47,227 bases of DNA from Octopus bimaculoides (lineage: Eukaryota), in contig NC_068986.1 of assembly GCF_001194135.2 (NCBI RefSeq), positions 95,212,047-95,259,273 of the forward strand, in the 5' to 3' direction. The notes under the pieces are model-generated. The model worked only from the letters and a program-made list of their open reading frames with translations. It ran no database searches and was not told where the DNA came from. A program made the translations under genes and the position numbers. Positions 35,792 to 47,227 of the stretch are shown in pieces. Every line of letters starts with the position of its first letter. Position 1 is the stretch's first letter.

Positions 35792-35864
35792 GGGCATATA
35801 GCGTAGTGGTCAAGAGTGCGGGCTACTAACCCCAAGATTCCGAGTCCGATTCCAGACAGTGACC
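35792..35864 (+). promoter_or_regulatory. tRNA-like Pol III type-2 internal promoter (SINE-like head, not a functional tRNA)
   Basis: A box TAGCGTAGTGG and B-box-like GAGTCCGATTCC at tRNA spacing; the acceptor stem is imperfect. Confidence 0.65.
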
Positions 35865-35936
35865 TTATTAATAATAATAATAATAATATCAAAAAATATA
35901 CCTTAGGAATGAGAACCCTCGTTCAAAATTTCCCCA

Positions 35937-35983
35937 AGACACCTGATGAAAACTGGAGGGTATATCAACCGAAACGTTGTGTT
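35937..35983 (+). ncRNA. Minimal type I hammerhead ribozyme motif (stem II damaged in this copy)
   Basis: GACAC-CTGATGA-A-AACTGG-agggtata-TCAACC-GAAAC-GTT-GTGTT. Stem I is GACAC/GTGTT, stem III is the palindrome AACGTT, and the triplet is GTT. Confidence 0.7.
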
Positions 35984-37584
35984 AACAATGAACAAGATGA
36001 GGGCAAATATACGTCAAAATGTAAATAATGTACATAATTTCTTATCTCTTAAATATAGAACTGTATTAACAATATAGATCACTTCAAAAAGCAAAATCAA
36101 GGAGAAATCAGAATTAAATTGCATATGAAAGCAAATTTAAGGATTGCTTGGATGACTTATTTGGCATTGCTCATGCTGATGTAGTGAAAACGGTGTCAAA
36201 CGAAGAAGATCGTTTATTTCTAAAAGTTCGGAGAGAAAAAGGAAGGAAGGTTATATGAGTGTTATTGACAGGAATTATGTTGCAGAGCAACAAAGGAAAC
36301 GCAAACGGATAGAAGAAGAAGAGAAGAGAAGCAGATTCTTTGCAAGAAAGAGCAATCAGTAGTTACTTTGGAAAGTAGCAGTGATAACAGCAGTGGTGAA
36401 TCTCATGATGAGCCACTAACCTGGATCATCCAAAGCTCCTCTCAGTAAAAGATCAAAAACACATGAACAAATAATGTCGGCTGATTTGGCAGTGGCTTTG
36501 GATAGAGCTAAAATAAGCGATCGCAGTGCAATGTTAATAGCATCTGCTACTGTTTCAGCCTCTGGAAAAGGTTTTCCAAATGCATACGTACATTACAAGT
36601 AATCTCTGCATATATATGTTTGCTTATATATATNNNNNNNNNNNNNNNNNNNNNNNNNNNNNNNNNNNNNNNNNNNNNNNNNNNNNNNNNNNNNNNNNNN
36701 NNNNNNNNNNNNNNNNNNNNNNNNNNNNNNNNNNNNNNNNNNNNNNNNNNNNNNNNNNNNNNNNNNNNNNNNNNNNNNNNNNNNNNNNNNNNNNNNNNNN
36801 NNNNNNNNNNNNNNNNNNNNNNNNNNNNNNNNNNNNNNNNNNNNNNNNNNNNNNNNNNNNNNNNNNNNNNNNNNNNNNNNNNNNNNNNNNNNNNNNNNNN
36901 NNNNNNNNNNNNNNNNNNNNNNNNNNNNNNNNNNNNNNNNNNNNNNNNNNNNNNNNNNNNNNNNNNNNNNNNNNNNNNNNNNNNNNNNNNNNNNNNNNNN
37001 NNNNNNNNNNNNNNNNNNNNNNNNNNNNNNNNNNNNNNNNNNNNNNNNNNNNNNNNNNNNNNNNNNNNNNNNNNNNNNNNNNNNNNNNNNNNNNNNNNNN
37101 NNNNNNNNNNNNNNNNNNNNNNNNNNNNNNNNNNNNNNNNNNNNNNNNNNNNNNNNNNNNNNNNNNNNNNNNNNNNNNNNNNNNNNNNNNNNNNNNNNNN
37201 NNNNNNNNNNNNNNNNNNNNNNNNNNNNNNNNNNNNNNNNNNNNNNNNNNNNNNNNNNNNNNNNNNNNNNNNNNNNNNNNNNNNNNNNNNNNNNNNNNNN
37301 NNNNNNNNNNNNNNNNNNNNNNNNNNNNNNNNNNNNNNNNNNNNNNNNNNNNNNNNNNNNNNNNNNNNNNNNNNNNNNNNNNNNNNNNNNNNNNNNNNNN
37401 NNNNNNNNNNNNNNNNNNNNNNNNNNNNNNNGGAGGAGGAGGAGGAGGAGGAGGAGGATATTGTTTTTGTTGTTTCCTTTATTCCTTTTCATTAAATACA
37501 CACAAAAGACTACCCACTTCTCAACTGCATCAGAAGATAAAGTGAAGTACAGTTGCAATTATTGTCGTTGCGTTTTGTTATTGT

Positions 37585-37655
37585 TCAACCCTATATCCTG
37601 CACTAATTGGGAAGACCTATAACGAAAAAGCTTCCCGCTGTGACATTCCAGTTTT
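37585..37655 (-). mobile_element. Family D tail module
   Basis: caaccctatatcctgcactaattgggaagacctataacgaaaaagcttcccgctgtgacattcc follows a GTT-rich tract. Confidence 0.45.
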
Positions 37656-37702
37656 CTATTCAGGCATAGATTATCTAGGACTGCATTTTTATATCCTTCC
37701 TG

Positions 37703-37945
37703 AAGTCGGTGAACTGGTAGAATCGTTAGCACGTCCCCTGTATGTTTAGCTCCTTGTGGGCAATAAAGAAATAAGGATCGTTAGCACGCTGGACAAAATG
37801 ATAAACGGCATTTTATTCGTTGCTACATTCTGAGTTCAAATTCCGCCGATAAATTAAGTCCCAGCGAATCACTGGGTTCGATGTAATCAACTAGTCCCCT
37901 CCCCTCAAATTTCAGGCCTTGCGCCTACAGTAGAAAGGATTATTA
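37703..37945 (+). mobile_element. SINE family C with an internal duplication/insert and a deletion
   Basis: gtcggtgaactggtagaatcgttagcacg..ttctgagttcaaattccgccga joined to taaattaagt..ctgggttcgatgtaatcaact..aaatttcaggccttgcgcctacagtagaaaggattatt. Confidence 0.8.
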
Positions 37946-38848
37946 TGTCCTTGCTAAATGATAGTCACATCACGTAATCTGATGTAACTCCGCCACGTGA
38001 CCCATGTATGCCCTCAGCAGAGTTCGCTTTGTTGTAAGCATTCGGACGAATTCCCCGGTCGTAGGGTTTCCATACTGTCTCAACTCACTTTCACCCACCG
38101 CTCTTCACCAAGAGTTAGAGCTAAGCCCACTGGTCAAACACTTTCTTTTCTCTCGCATCTGTAAATTCCTGCCTGATCTGGACCAACTACATCACCCATT
38201 ACAAACATACAAACTATATACCCTATTCTTCTCTGAGAAGCAAATCTCTCAAACTTTATCGACAGTACATCATTGCTATTCAAAGCAAACTGTTTACTCA
38301 GCCTCCACACTCTGTTTTGTCTGTGCATACGTAGATTCCTGGTCACTTGCCTTTCCCGTTTGGTCATCAACAACAAAGGCTGTCAGTTACTCTGATTCAA
38401 AGCCTCTTTCACTCACTCCTTCATTTACATCTGCTTCTTCTACCGCCCTCCGAATTTCTTCGACCACCAATAAGTCTTCGGTTATATCTTCTCCTGCTTC
38501 GAAAACATCTTTCTCCTGCTTCGAAAATATTCATCTCATCTTACTTCTTTCCGAAGCTATCTTCTTAAATAACTTCAACGTTCACAAACCTCCTTGGTTC
38601 TCATACTCATCCATATTGGTATTGTCGGTCCAGCAACCGAAAAATTTGCAATCCTCAACATATTTCATCCCTAATACGCTTATCTGACCGACACACAGAC
38701 CTCGCTCTAATCTTGAAACCCAACTTCTACCACACCGTACAGTATATGTATCTACGCTTATGGTGGGAGGGTCGTCCAAACACTACCTTAGTGTTACTAC
38801 TTTGCACACATACACATATTACACAACCTCCCCGCTACTGGAGACATA

Positions 38849-38906
38849 ACAAGTCAATAGCGTTACAAGTCAATAGCGTTACAAGTCAATAGTGTTACAA
38901 GTCAAT
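38849..38906. repeat. 16-bp tandem repeat (ACAAGTCAATAGCGTT)x3.6
   Basis: Direct reading; one substitution in unit 3. Confidence 0.95.
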
Positions 38907-41787
38907 TGATTTGTCAAGGCTCCGTCAGTTTTATGCTGAATATCCCTATCCATCTATCTGATACTCCTCACTGATCAGTAACAGTTAGGGGTGATATGAC
39001 AATGTCGAACTTCTGAAATTTTCACCCTGAACATGTTTTTTCTGCATGTATCAATTTATAACAGTTTAAGCGGGTTGCTAAATTACATTACTTTTGAATG
39101 ATCAGCAAAGGATATAGGTACCGCTGCTTCATCTAGATGTAAGAAATAAAAATAAATCACGACAGGTTGCGATGTGTGATAAGTTTGGCTGTTATTTCTG
39201 GCAGAGATAGTGACTAATTGAGGCTCACACATTGAATCAATATACCACCAGTCAGTTAATTGAATTCCATTAAGGCGTATGCATTTGTGTTATAAATAAG
39301 AGAAATTATTAATATGTAATATAAATAACTGGTGTTTAATTGACAATTTTTATTCTCTGTTATAGGTTGCTACCCGAGTAACGGATGTATACATTGTAAC
39401 TGTTTGCTTTGAGGATAATTGAAAACGGAGCATTTTCCACTCTTTAAAGGAGTAATACATAATTAAGAAAAGAGAGTAAGACGTACAACGTGGGGATTTA
39501 TTTACAAAAGAAGACAGAATAAAAAATAACTAAAGGATTAATATTAGAAATCAAGTGAGTCCTTTTAATTTATACACACCCATAAAATATAACTGAAACG
39601 TAGTACAGTTGTGTACATTTGTGTGTGTGTGTGTGTGTGTTTTTGTATGTGTGTAGTTCTCATAATATCCAATACTCCGAGTTTCATATTTCCGTTCTTT
39701 AAGCTAGTAATCCAAACGTATTTTCTCTAGAATTATTTGTTGTTTGAATGTATTTGAAAATACTATACAAAACTGATTAATGTTGCTAGCGTGTGTGTGA
39801 TGTGCGTGTAGAGATGTATATGTTGGACAGTTTTTCTATTAGACACCGTATTAAAAATACAACTTTCTTATTCCATATTAACCAAGAATTCTTTTTCATA
39901 TCGTCCGATGAGTTCCTTGTAATTTGTTTAAAACAGTAAACTTTCTAAATGTCATCATAAGTTCTACACTTCCGTAATCTTATCTTCAGTACGAAATGAT
40001 GTTGGGACGTTCTGCGGCTTCTGTTGTAAGTAGAGCCAATGTCATTGATACAAACATCACCACCGAATTTTGGAATTTTACCGTAAATTGTGTTTATACT
40101 TGCGATTTGTGTATGTTGTGTCTTTGTTTATTCAAGTATTTCGCTGCATTGTATTGCTGCTATCATTAATCGGTTATTTTTCTAGGGAACTCTCTCAAGA
40201 CACGTTGTCCACTAATGTTTTCCTGTATAGTTTTGTTTTTATTGTGGTACAATGTATAGTAATTGCTTTGTGTTGTAAGTATATGGTGCACCAGAAAATG
40301 ATTGACTTATTTGTATAACAGATGAAGTCGTAAAGTTTATGACTTTCACGTCTGTGGTCAAATTTATAAAACACATTGTCCATAGGTTTAAAATGCCTGT
40401 GGTTTGTTGTTAACAAGGTTTATAATTTTATTGTTTTTGTACCATGTTATGGTTGTTAGTTAATGTGTTTAACATTCTGTTTCATGGACTTTTTGTGTTC
40501 GTCAATTTAATAGTCAGAAATGTACATAACTGACATAAAACACTTTATGTAGAATATCTATATTTTAATTGTTGTAGTACCTGCATTTTCTGTATGGGTC
40601 TATGCATATATAAGCGTCTCCCTATCCATCTATCTATCTATATGTCTATTTATTGGAATGGCCATTGTTGATTTCTATTTATTTTATTTTGCGAGCTTCT
40701 TTATCTAGTAGTTCGTTTTGGAAGGAGAATCTAACTGTTCTTCAAATTAACATGTTGCATTTATGTTGACATTTGTTGTTACCATGTAACTATATTCGTG
40801 CTTTTATAAACTAACGTGATTGTAAGCAGATGTGTGCAGAAGGATGCATCTGGATGCTTACTTCTAGAAATGTAGTTATCTAATTGTTAGCAATTTTATT
40901 TGTATTATCCTGAATATTAAACGGAACTGGTGTTTAAGTTTTCCTTTAAATTCACTACTTTTTCTGGTTTGTTTATTACGACGCTTACAGCGTCTACATT
41001 CCTTGGTGCATTTCACCACTTGGAACCACTTTATCATAGCCACTTAGAGTGTCACGAATGGGAACACAGATGGCTACATCTTTTTTGTTTAGATAATTTG
41101 CTGTGTGAACAACAAACAGAAAGCTAATTTGGTTGTACAGAGGGAATAATTTCGATGCAACGTAAACAGGTGTTTGCGTAAATGTTTGAATACCATTTCT
41201 ACTGTTTTAATGTTTCTGCTACAGCAATGTTCGTAAATAAAATTTCTACATATAAGATGGGGACATTGCCTATTCTCCAACGATATTTTGGTACCATTCG
41301 GACTACCGTATGCTGTATCTTTAACGTATCTTTCTTGACTGTATTGTTTGATAATGTTAACTAACAATATAATTATGTAGAATATAATGGACATGAAAAT
41401 GTTGTTCTGCTTTTATTTATATTGTTCCATGGATAAGTGATAGAGTAAATTCTCATTAAATGCAGACGAAATGAGGGACTCGTATTCATGCATTTATCGT
41501 TGTAATTATTGCATTCACTCTAGTTTTTAATTAAGTGATATTATCTCTCAGAACCTTCATCAATCTATCAGAAAGATAATCGCACACAATTAAATGTTAA
41601 ACTGAAGAAACTAATTTCAACGATAGATACACAAATGCAAACCTCTTTTCCCCGCATATTGTTGCCTCTCTCTTTCTTTCTCTGTCTCTCTCTCTCACTC
41701 ACACACTCACTCATTCATTCACTCACTCTCTCTATCTATCTATCTATTTGTTTATCTTTCTCTCTCTCCTTCTGTATCTATCTATTT

Positions 41788-41818
<31 letters not shown>

Positions 41819-42624
41819 TATATATANNNNNNNNNNNNNNNNNNNNNNNNNNNNNNNNNNNNNNNNNNNNNNNNNNNNNNNNNNNNNNNNNNNNNNNNNN
41901 NNNNNNNNNNNNNNNNNNNNNNNNNNNNNNNNNNNNNNNNNNNNNNNNNNNNNNNNNNNNNNNNNNNNNNNNNNNNNNNNNNNNNNNNNNNNNNNNNNNN
42001 NNNNNNNNNNNNNNNNNNNNNNNNNNNNNNNNNNNNNNNNNNNNNNNNNNNNNNNNNNNNNNNNNNNNNNNNNNNNNNNNNNNNNNNNNNNNNNNNNNNN
42101 NNNNNNNNNNNNNNNNNNNNNNNNNNNNNNNNNNNNNNNNNNNNNNNNNNNNNNNNNNNNNNNNNNNNNNNNNNNNNNNNNNNNNNNNNNNNNNNNNNNN
42201 NNNNNNNNNNNNNNNNNNNNNNNNNNNNNNNNNNNNNNNNNNNNNNNNNNNNNNNNNNNNNNNNNNNNNNNNNNNNNNNNNNNNNNNNNNNNNNNNNNNN
42301 NNNNNNNNNNNNNNNNNNNNNNNNNNNNNNNNNNNNNNNNNNNNNNNNNNNNNNNNNNNNNNNNNNNNNNNNNNNNNNNNNNNNNNNNNNNNNNNNNNNN
42401 NNNNNNNNNNNNNNNNNNNNNNNNNNNNNNNNNNNNNNNNNNNNNNNNNNNNNNNNNNNNNNNNNNNNNNNNNNNNNNNNNNNNNNNNNNNNNNNNNNNN
42501 NNNNNNNNNNNNNNNNNNNNNNNNNNNNNNNNNNNNNNNNNNNNNNNNNNNNNNNNNNNNNNNNNNNNNNNNNNNNNNNNNNNNNNNNNNNNNNNNNNNN
42601 NNNNNNNNNNNNNNNNCTATAAAT

Positions 42625-42657
<33 letters not shown>

Positions 42658-44005
42658 CATACATACATACATACATACATACATACATACATACATACAC
42701 ATATATATAGCAAGTAACTTCTCTTTGGATCGGCATTATTCTCAGATTTGTCTGTACATGACTTCCTATCCTCGAGGACACGCCTGGTGAAATACTCGCT
42801 CTTCCAAAACAAACAAACGGTGGATCATGTTCGCAGCTCATGCAAAGTGGCATCAAGCCAAGAGTAGTACAACCAAGTGCTTAAAGCTATAGTACATGCG
42901 ATTTGTATTGCAAGAGGAACGGCTACGTCACCAGAAGCTCTAATAATGTTCCATGTATGCCTGCATGTATGCACAGAAACACTGATACGTATATTGTAAG
43001 TAAGACTAATGGTGACCATCGATCGTCTGTTCGTTAATCAAAACTGATACCGGACATAAACAATAGAAGATCTCCACCCAAAATGATAACGTCTATTACA
43101 TTTCCAGAACACATTCGGAACACACACACACACACACATACACAAAGTCATGTCCTCCCTTTTGTTGCTGGGGCTCTTGTGATGGTGGTTATGGTGGTAG
43201 GTACAATGGCGTTGTTCGTCGTCGCTGATGTTTTTCTCGTTGTGCTCGCTATACTTGTTGAGAGTAGTTGATGCGGTGTTTGCTATTATTGATGTAGTTA
43301 TGGTTATTTGTGTTGCTGTGGTTATTGCTGATCATGATTTTGATGTTGTGGTTATTTTTGATGGGGAGAAGGGGTTAATGTTGTTGTTGTTGTTGATAGT
43401 ACCGCTGCTGTCGTTGTTGTTGTCAGCGTCGGTTGCATTGATGAGCTTTTATTTGCTTGGGTCGTGTCTTAGTTGTTATGGTTGATGTTCTTGTTCTCGC
43501 TCTTGTTGTTGATGATGATGGCGGTAGCGTTGCCGACNNNNNNNNNNNNNNNNNNNNNNNNNNNNNNNNNNNNNNNNNNNNNNNNNNNNNNNNNNNNNNN
43601 NNNNNNNNNNNNNNNNNNNNNNNNNNNNNNNNNNNNNNNNNNNNNNNNNNNNNNNNNNNNNNNNNNNNNNNNNNNNNNNNNNNNNNNNNNNNNNNNNNNN
43701 NNNNNNNNNNNNNNNNNNNNNNNNNNNNNNNNNNNNNNNNNNNNNNNNNNNNNNNNNNNNNNNNNNNNNNNNNNNNNNNNNNNNNNNNNNNNNNNNNNNN
43801 NNNNNNNNNNNNNNNNNNNNNNNNNNNNNNNNNNNNNNNNNNNNNNNNNNNNNNNNNNNNNNNNNNNNNNNNNNNNNNNNNNNTTTCTATCTTACTATTT
43901 TGTTTCATTTTCAAAAATAAGGATTTAATTTATGGTTTATTATCGTGTATATTTTGAATTACATATATATGGCGGCACCAAAATCTTTTAAGTGCTTAGG
44001 GCCTG

Positions 44006-44042
<37 letters not shown>

Positions 44043-44822
44043 CGTCCCTGTTGTGTTGCTGCTGCTGCTGCCGCTGCTGCTGCTAGCGGTAATGGTTAAA
44101 GTGGTGGTAGCAATAGTTGTTGTTTGTGCTGTTTTTTTGGGGTTTTTTTTTTTTTTTGATATAGTGGTTATTGGTATTGTTGGTGTTGTGGTTGTTGCGA
44201 TTGTTTATCTCCTGTCCAAGTCTAATTTGGTCACACAGTCCAATAACCAAAGACTTTGCAGAGGTCAAAATACGTCCGCAATCTCCAGTGACCTTTTAAT
44301 TTTAAAACAGCAGATCTTGATTTGACGAGCATTTGTCAACTTATTTCAAGCAGATTAAGAAACGACGTTCAGCTACCCCACGGTTGTTGTTGTTGTTCAT
44401 CGTATGATATTTAATCTTCTTGTGTGTTTTTGTTGTTGTGGTGGTGGTCGTCGTCGTCGCCGTCGTCGTTATGATGATGATGATGATGGTGGTGGTAATC
44501 GTGATGATGCAGTAACTTCAGCGTGAGAAACCTATGACAAAGCAAATTTCTTTTTTTTTTTTTTTTCGCTTTTGTTTTTCTTTATTATATACTTCCCCCG
44601 AAACATTAAGACATTTCCTCTTACCAACCATCACCTCTCTTTATACCAAAACCACCAATAAAAAAAGCAACAGCGCTAAGACTGCCATTGACGACGTCAC
44701 TACGACCAAGCAACTATGACATCTACATAATAACGCATTAGCAATCGCTTCGCTGATTTGCACTTACCTGTGTGGGTAAAACACGTTTATGTTACATATA
44801 AGTTACATACATTTTTCGGTTT

Positions 44823-45050
44823 TTATCTTTTATTTATTTGTTTCAGTCATTAGTGTGGCCATGCTGGAGCACCGCCGTGAAGAGTTTTTAGTCGAATGAA
44901 TCGAGCCCAGTACTTTTTCTTTTATTATTATTTTAAACTTGGTACTTACTTTATCGGTCTCTTTTGCCGAACCGCCGCTACCATATTGGAGACGTAAACA
45001 CACCAGCACCGGTTGTCAAGCTGTGGGGGAGGACAAAGACAAGTACAAAT
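44823..45050 (-). mobile_element. Family A-related SINE 3' half (older subfamily)
   Basis: ttgtttcagtcatt..gtggccatgctggagcaccgcc..atcggtctcttttgccgaaccgc..gacgtaaacacaccagcaccggttgtcaagc. Confidence 0.88.
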
Positions 45051-45315
45051 ATCACATACACGCATGCGACGCGCGGGTGCGCTTGCGCGCACACACACAC
45101 ACACACACGCCCGAGTTATATGTTGTATTTAATGAAGAGACAAGGCAATGACCACGACGTTTTGCAAGGCTCCCGACCTTGATGGCAATAAGCTATCTTC
45201 GAATCGCAAGCTAAAGGCTGTGGTGAAGGCACGCGTGAGCGAGTGTATGTGTGTGCCTGTGTGTATGTGCGTGTCTGCGTGTGTGTACGTGTTGCATGTA
45301 TGCGTATGTATGTTT

Positions 45316-45545
45316 ATAGATAGATAGGTAGAGAGGTAGATAGATAGATAGAGAGAGAGATAGAGAGAGAGAGAGGTAGATAGATAGAGAGAGAGAGAGG
45401 TAGATAGATAGAGAGAGAGATAGATAGACAGATAGAGAGGGGGTAGATAGAGAGATAGAGAGGGAGGTAGATAGAGAGATAGATAGATAGGCAAGCAGAC
45501 AGACAGGCCGACACACATGCAGGCAGTCGGACAAATAGACAAATA
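45316..45545. repeat. (TAGA)/(AG)/(CAGA) compound microsatellite
   Basis: Direct reading. Confidence 0.92.
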
Positions 45546-46318
45546 CACATCTGTACAATTCTTACATAAAAGTATTAGTAGACATGAATGAAGTGTATAC
45601 TGTAGCCGGAATACGTACCTGTGAAAGACGTTGAGTTGGATATGTTATTACGAGAGATGAACTGCATGTCCTTATAGCATAACTTAGAAATCGTGTTTTC
45701 CCTTAAAAATTACATGTATACCTGAAGATAAGTTATGGATGAATGCCCAAGTGGAATTTTAGAAAGATTAATGCTATGTCAGTATGCTAAATGCAGTGTT
45801 TGGTTAGTCGTGACCATTCGCCGCCTGCTTTTGTTTGCCATGTTTTATTTGCCATGTTTTTATCTGATCACTGCTGCTACTGGTTGTCGCTTACGACCCT
45901 AAAAATATACGTCTGTATACATAAGGATATGTGTGTTTGTGTTTGTACTTCTGTGCATATGTGTTTGAGTGTATGTGTGTATATCTATCTATTTGTGTGT
46001 GTGTGTGTGTACGCACCATTGTGTTTGCCTGTGTATGTAATTATACACCTCTGTATGCGAACGTCTGCATACGATTTATATCTTATATAATTGTTTGCAG
46101 TTGTTTTGAACATCATAAGCACACACTCACCGGCAATGCCTACGCACGCGCGCGCACACATATTCGTAGACTCTCACATACTCATGCATACTCATGCACA
46201 TACATACACATGCACACATAACACGAACGCACACACCATTGCATATGCATAGACACAGATACACATGCTTACAAGCCTGCGCACGCGTACACATTCTCAT
46301 ACATACATACACTCATAC

Positions 46319-46353
<35 letters not shown>

Positions 46354-47037
46354 CATACAAATATTTATGCGCCCGCTTGTACACACATGGACTACAAAGG
46401 ACAGCTACCCGTGCTATGTCTCAGCTTTCTGAAATACCAACGGAACCAAACACCATCGTAGCAACCGATATATTTTGAAGATTCTCCGAGACTTTGGTCT
46501 AAACTGAGCTACGCAATTAAGAATGAATAAGAGAAATGGGGAGTGCTGTAAGATCATCAAAACTCCCTTCCTTACTCTGTCAAACGTAATCTTTATTCAC
46601 GCTGTTTTAAATTAATCACACGTTATCTCATAGCTTCAAGGTGGTCTCTCGTTTATTTTTAGAATTACATTATAGACTGTGTGAGACACCGGATTTGACT
46701 GGTTTGAATATAATACAGGTAGAATATTTAGGCCACATGCGGCCAGGTTACATGCTAGAGGATTAAACTGTCAGGGAAAAAATTTTATAGAGCAGCAAGT
46801 TTAGTATTTAAAAACCCGACATATTTATAATTTCTTTTCAAAATATTTACGAAACTTAACCAAAAGTTCCGGTCAGACTTTTAATATAAAATTATATAAA
46901 TGTATTTCTTTCGGACATCCTGGATCAACAAACTCCATCATCTAATCGCTGATCAATCAGAAATGTTAGATATGCAGAAAAAAAATTTAGAACCATCTCT
47001 TGGCTGAGTGGTTGAGAAGCCAGAGAATCGGCTAAAG

Positions 47038-47227
47038 CAGGGGTCACCAAAGGAGGTTCGAGGGACTCCCTAGGGGTCGGCGAGGAATTACAGAGGGTCA
47101 ATGATAGCCAAGGGGTCGAATGGGGGTCGGCGTGCGAAAGACCAGCTCACCCAGATGAATTGCTTGAAATACTTAGTCGGCGCCATGAAACGTGGGAAAA
47201 CGTGACAAATTTTCACTGGAGCGAGAA
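47038..47227 (+). mobile_element. 5' terminus of a hAT (Charlie-like) DNA transposon or MITE, running out of the window
   Basis: CAGGGGTCACCAAA is a typical hAT-Charlie TIR start, preceded by the 8-mer GGCTAAAG resembling the nnCTA(G/A)An target preference. GGGGTC motifs recur subterminally. Confidence 0.65.

Larger units (their letters stand above)
35673..36067 (+). mobile_element. Non-autonomous tRNA-head plus hammerhead element with nested inverted repeats
   Basis: Inverted copy of its own tail (35673-35740 vs 35971-36031); hairpins at 35747-35768 and 35773-35808; tRNA-like head at 35792-35864; (AAT)n; HHR at 35937-35983. It is flanked by the direct repeat AACAATATAGAT (35661-35672 and 36068-36079). 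Confidence 0.8.
35008..36575 (+). mobile_element. hATm-type DNA transposon 5' part, transposase interrupted by the 35673-36067 insert
   Basis: Terminus TTAGAGTGG (hATm-like TAGGGTG); SIGDVLRR.F..KKTVKGASDIVYSEINENWDNAKIPTK; after the insert, YRSLQK..KFKDCLDDLFGIAHAD..EEDRLFL..R.KGRK; then IMSADLAVALDRAKISDRSAMLIASA. The subgroup name is from recall. Confidence 0.78.

Noticed and set aside
35792-35864. Functional tRNA gene
   Set aside because: The acceptor and anticodon stems are imperfect and it is embedded in a mobile insert, so it is treated as a SINE-like head.
38004-38687. 227-aa plus-strand ORF as a host CDS
   Set aside because: It is a low-complexity Ser/Leu-rich product with no domain, most likely the antisense shadow of a purine-rich tract.
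38849-38906. CRISPR-like array
   Set aside because: The units are contiguous with no spacers and the context is eukaryotic; it is a simple minisatellite.
42745-42995. Possible exon between ttctcAG and GTAAGT
   Set aside because: All three frames contain stops and no protein similarity was recognised. A non-coding exon cannot be excluded but is unsupported.

Overview
This is eukaryotic, AT-rich, repeat-saturated DNA with 19 N-gaps (about 7 kb), nearly all beside microsatellites. No intact protein-coding gene, rRNA, functional tRNA or CRISPR array can be supported. Most ORF-track entries are translated microsatellites or gap read-through. The tRNA-derived SINE families and microsatellite load point to a coleoid cephalopod, probably an octopus (inference). 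The window holds decayed transposable elements: Tx1/L1-like and RTE LINE fragments, a Penelope-like element (PLE), hAT, hATm, mariner and Helitron remnants, and at least three SINE families. The PLE at about 15.0-17.5 kb has a GIY-YIG endonuclease end, a hammerhead ribozyme (HHR), a putative intron and a restart of its ORF. The most interesting object is a 395-bp non-coding insert at 35673-36067, inside a hATm transposase. It joins a tRNA-like Pol III head to a type I HHR inside nested inverted repeats and shares a hairpin with a nearby ~370-bp foldback element. It is a candidate SINE/retrozyme-like ribozyme-bearing parasite of PLEs. All family calls come from manual translation and motif recognition, not database searches.
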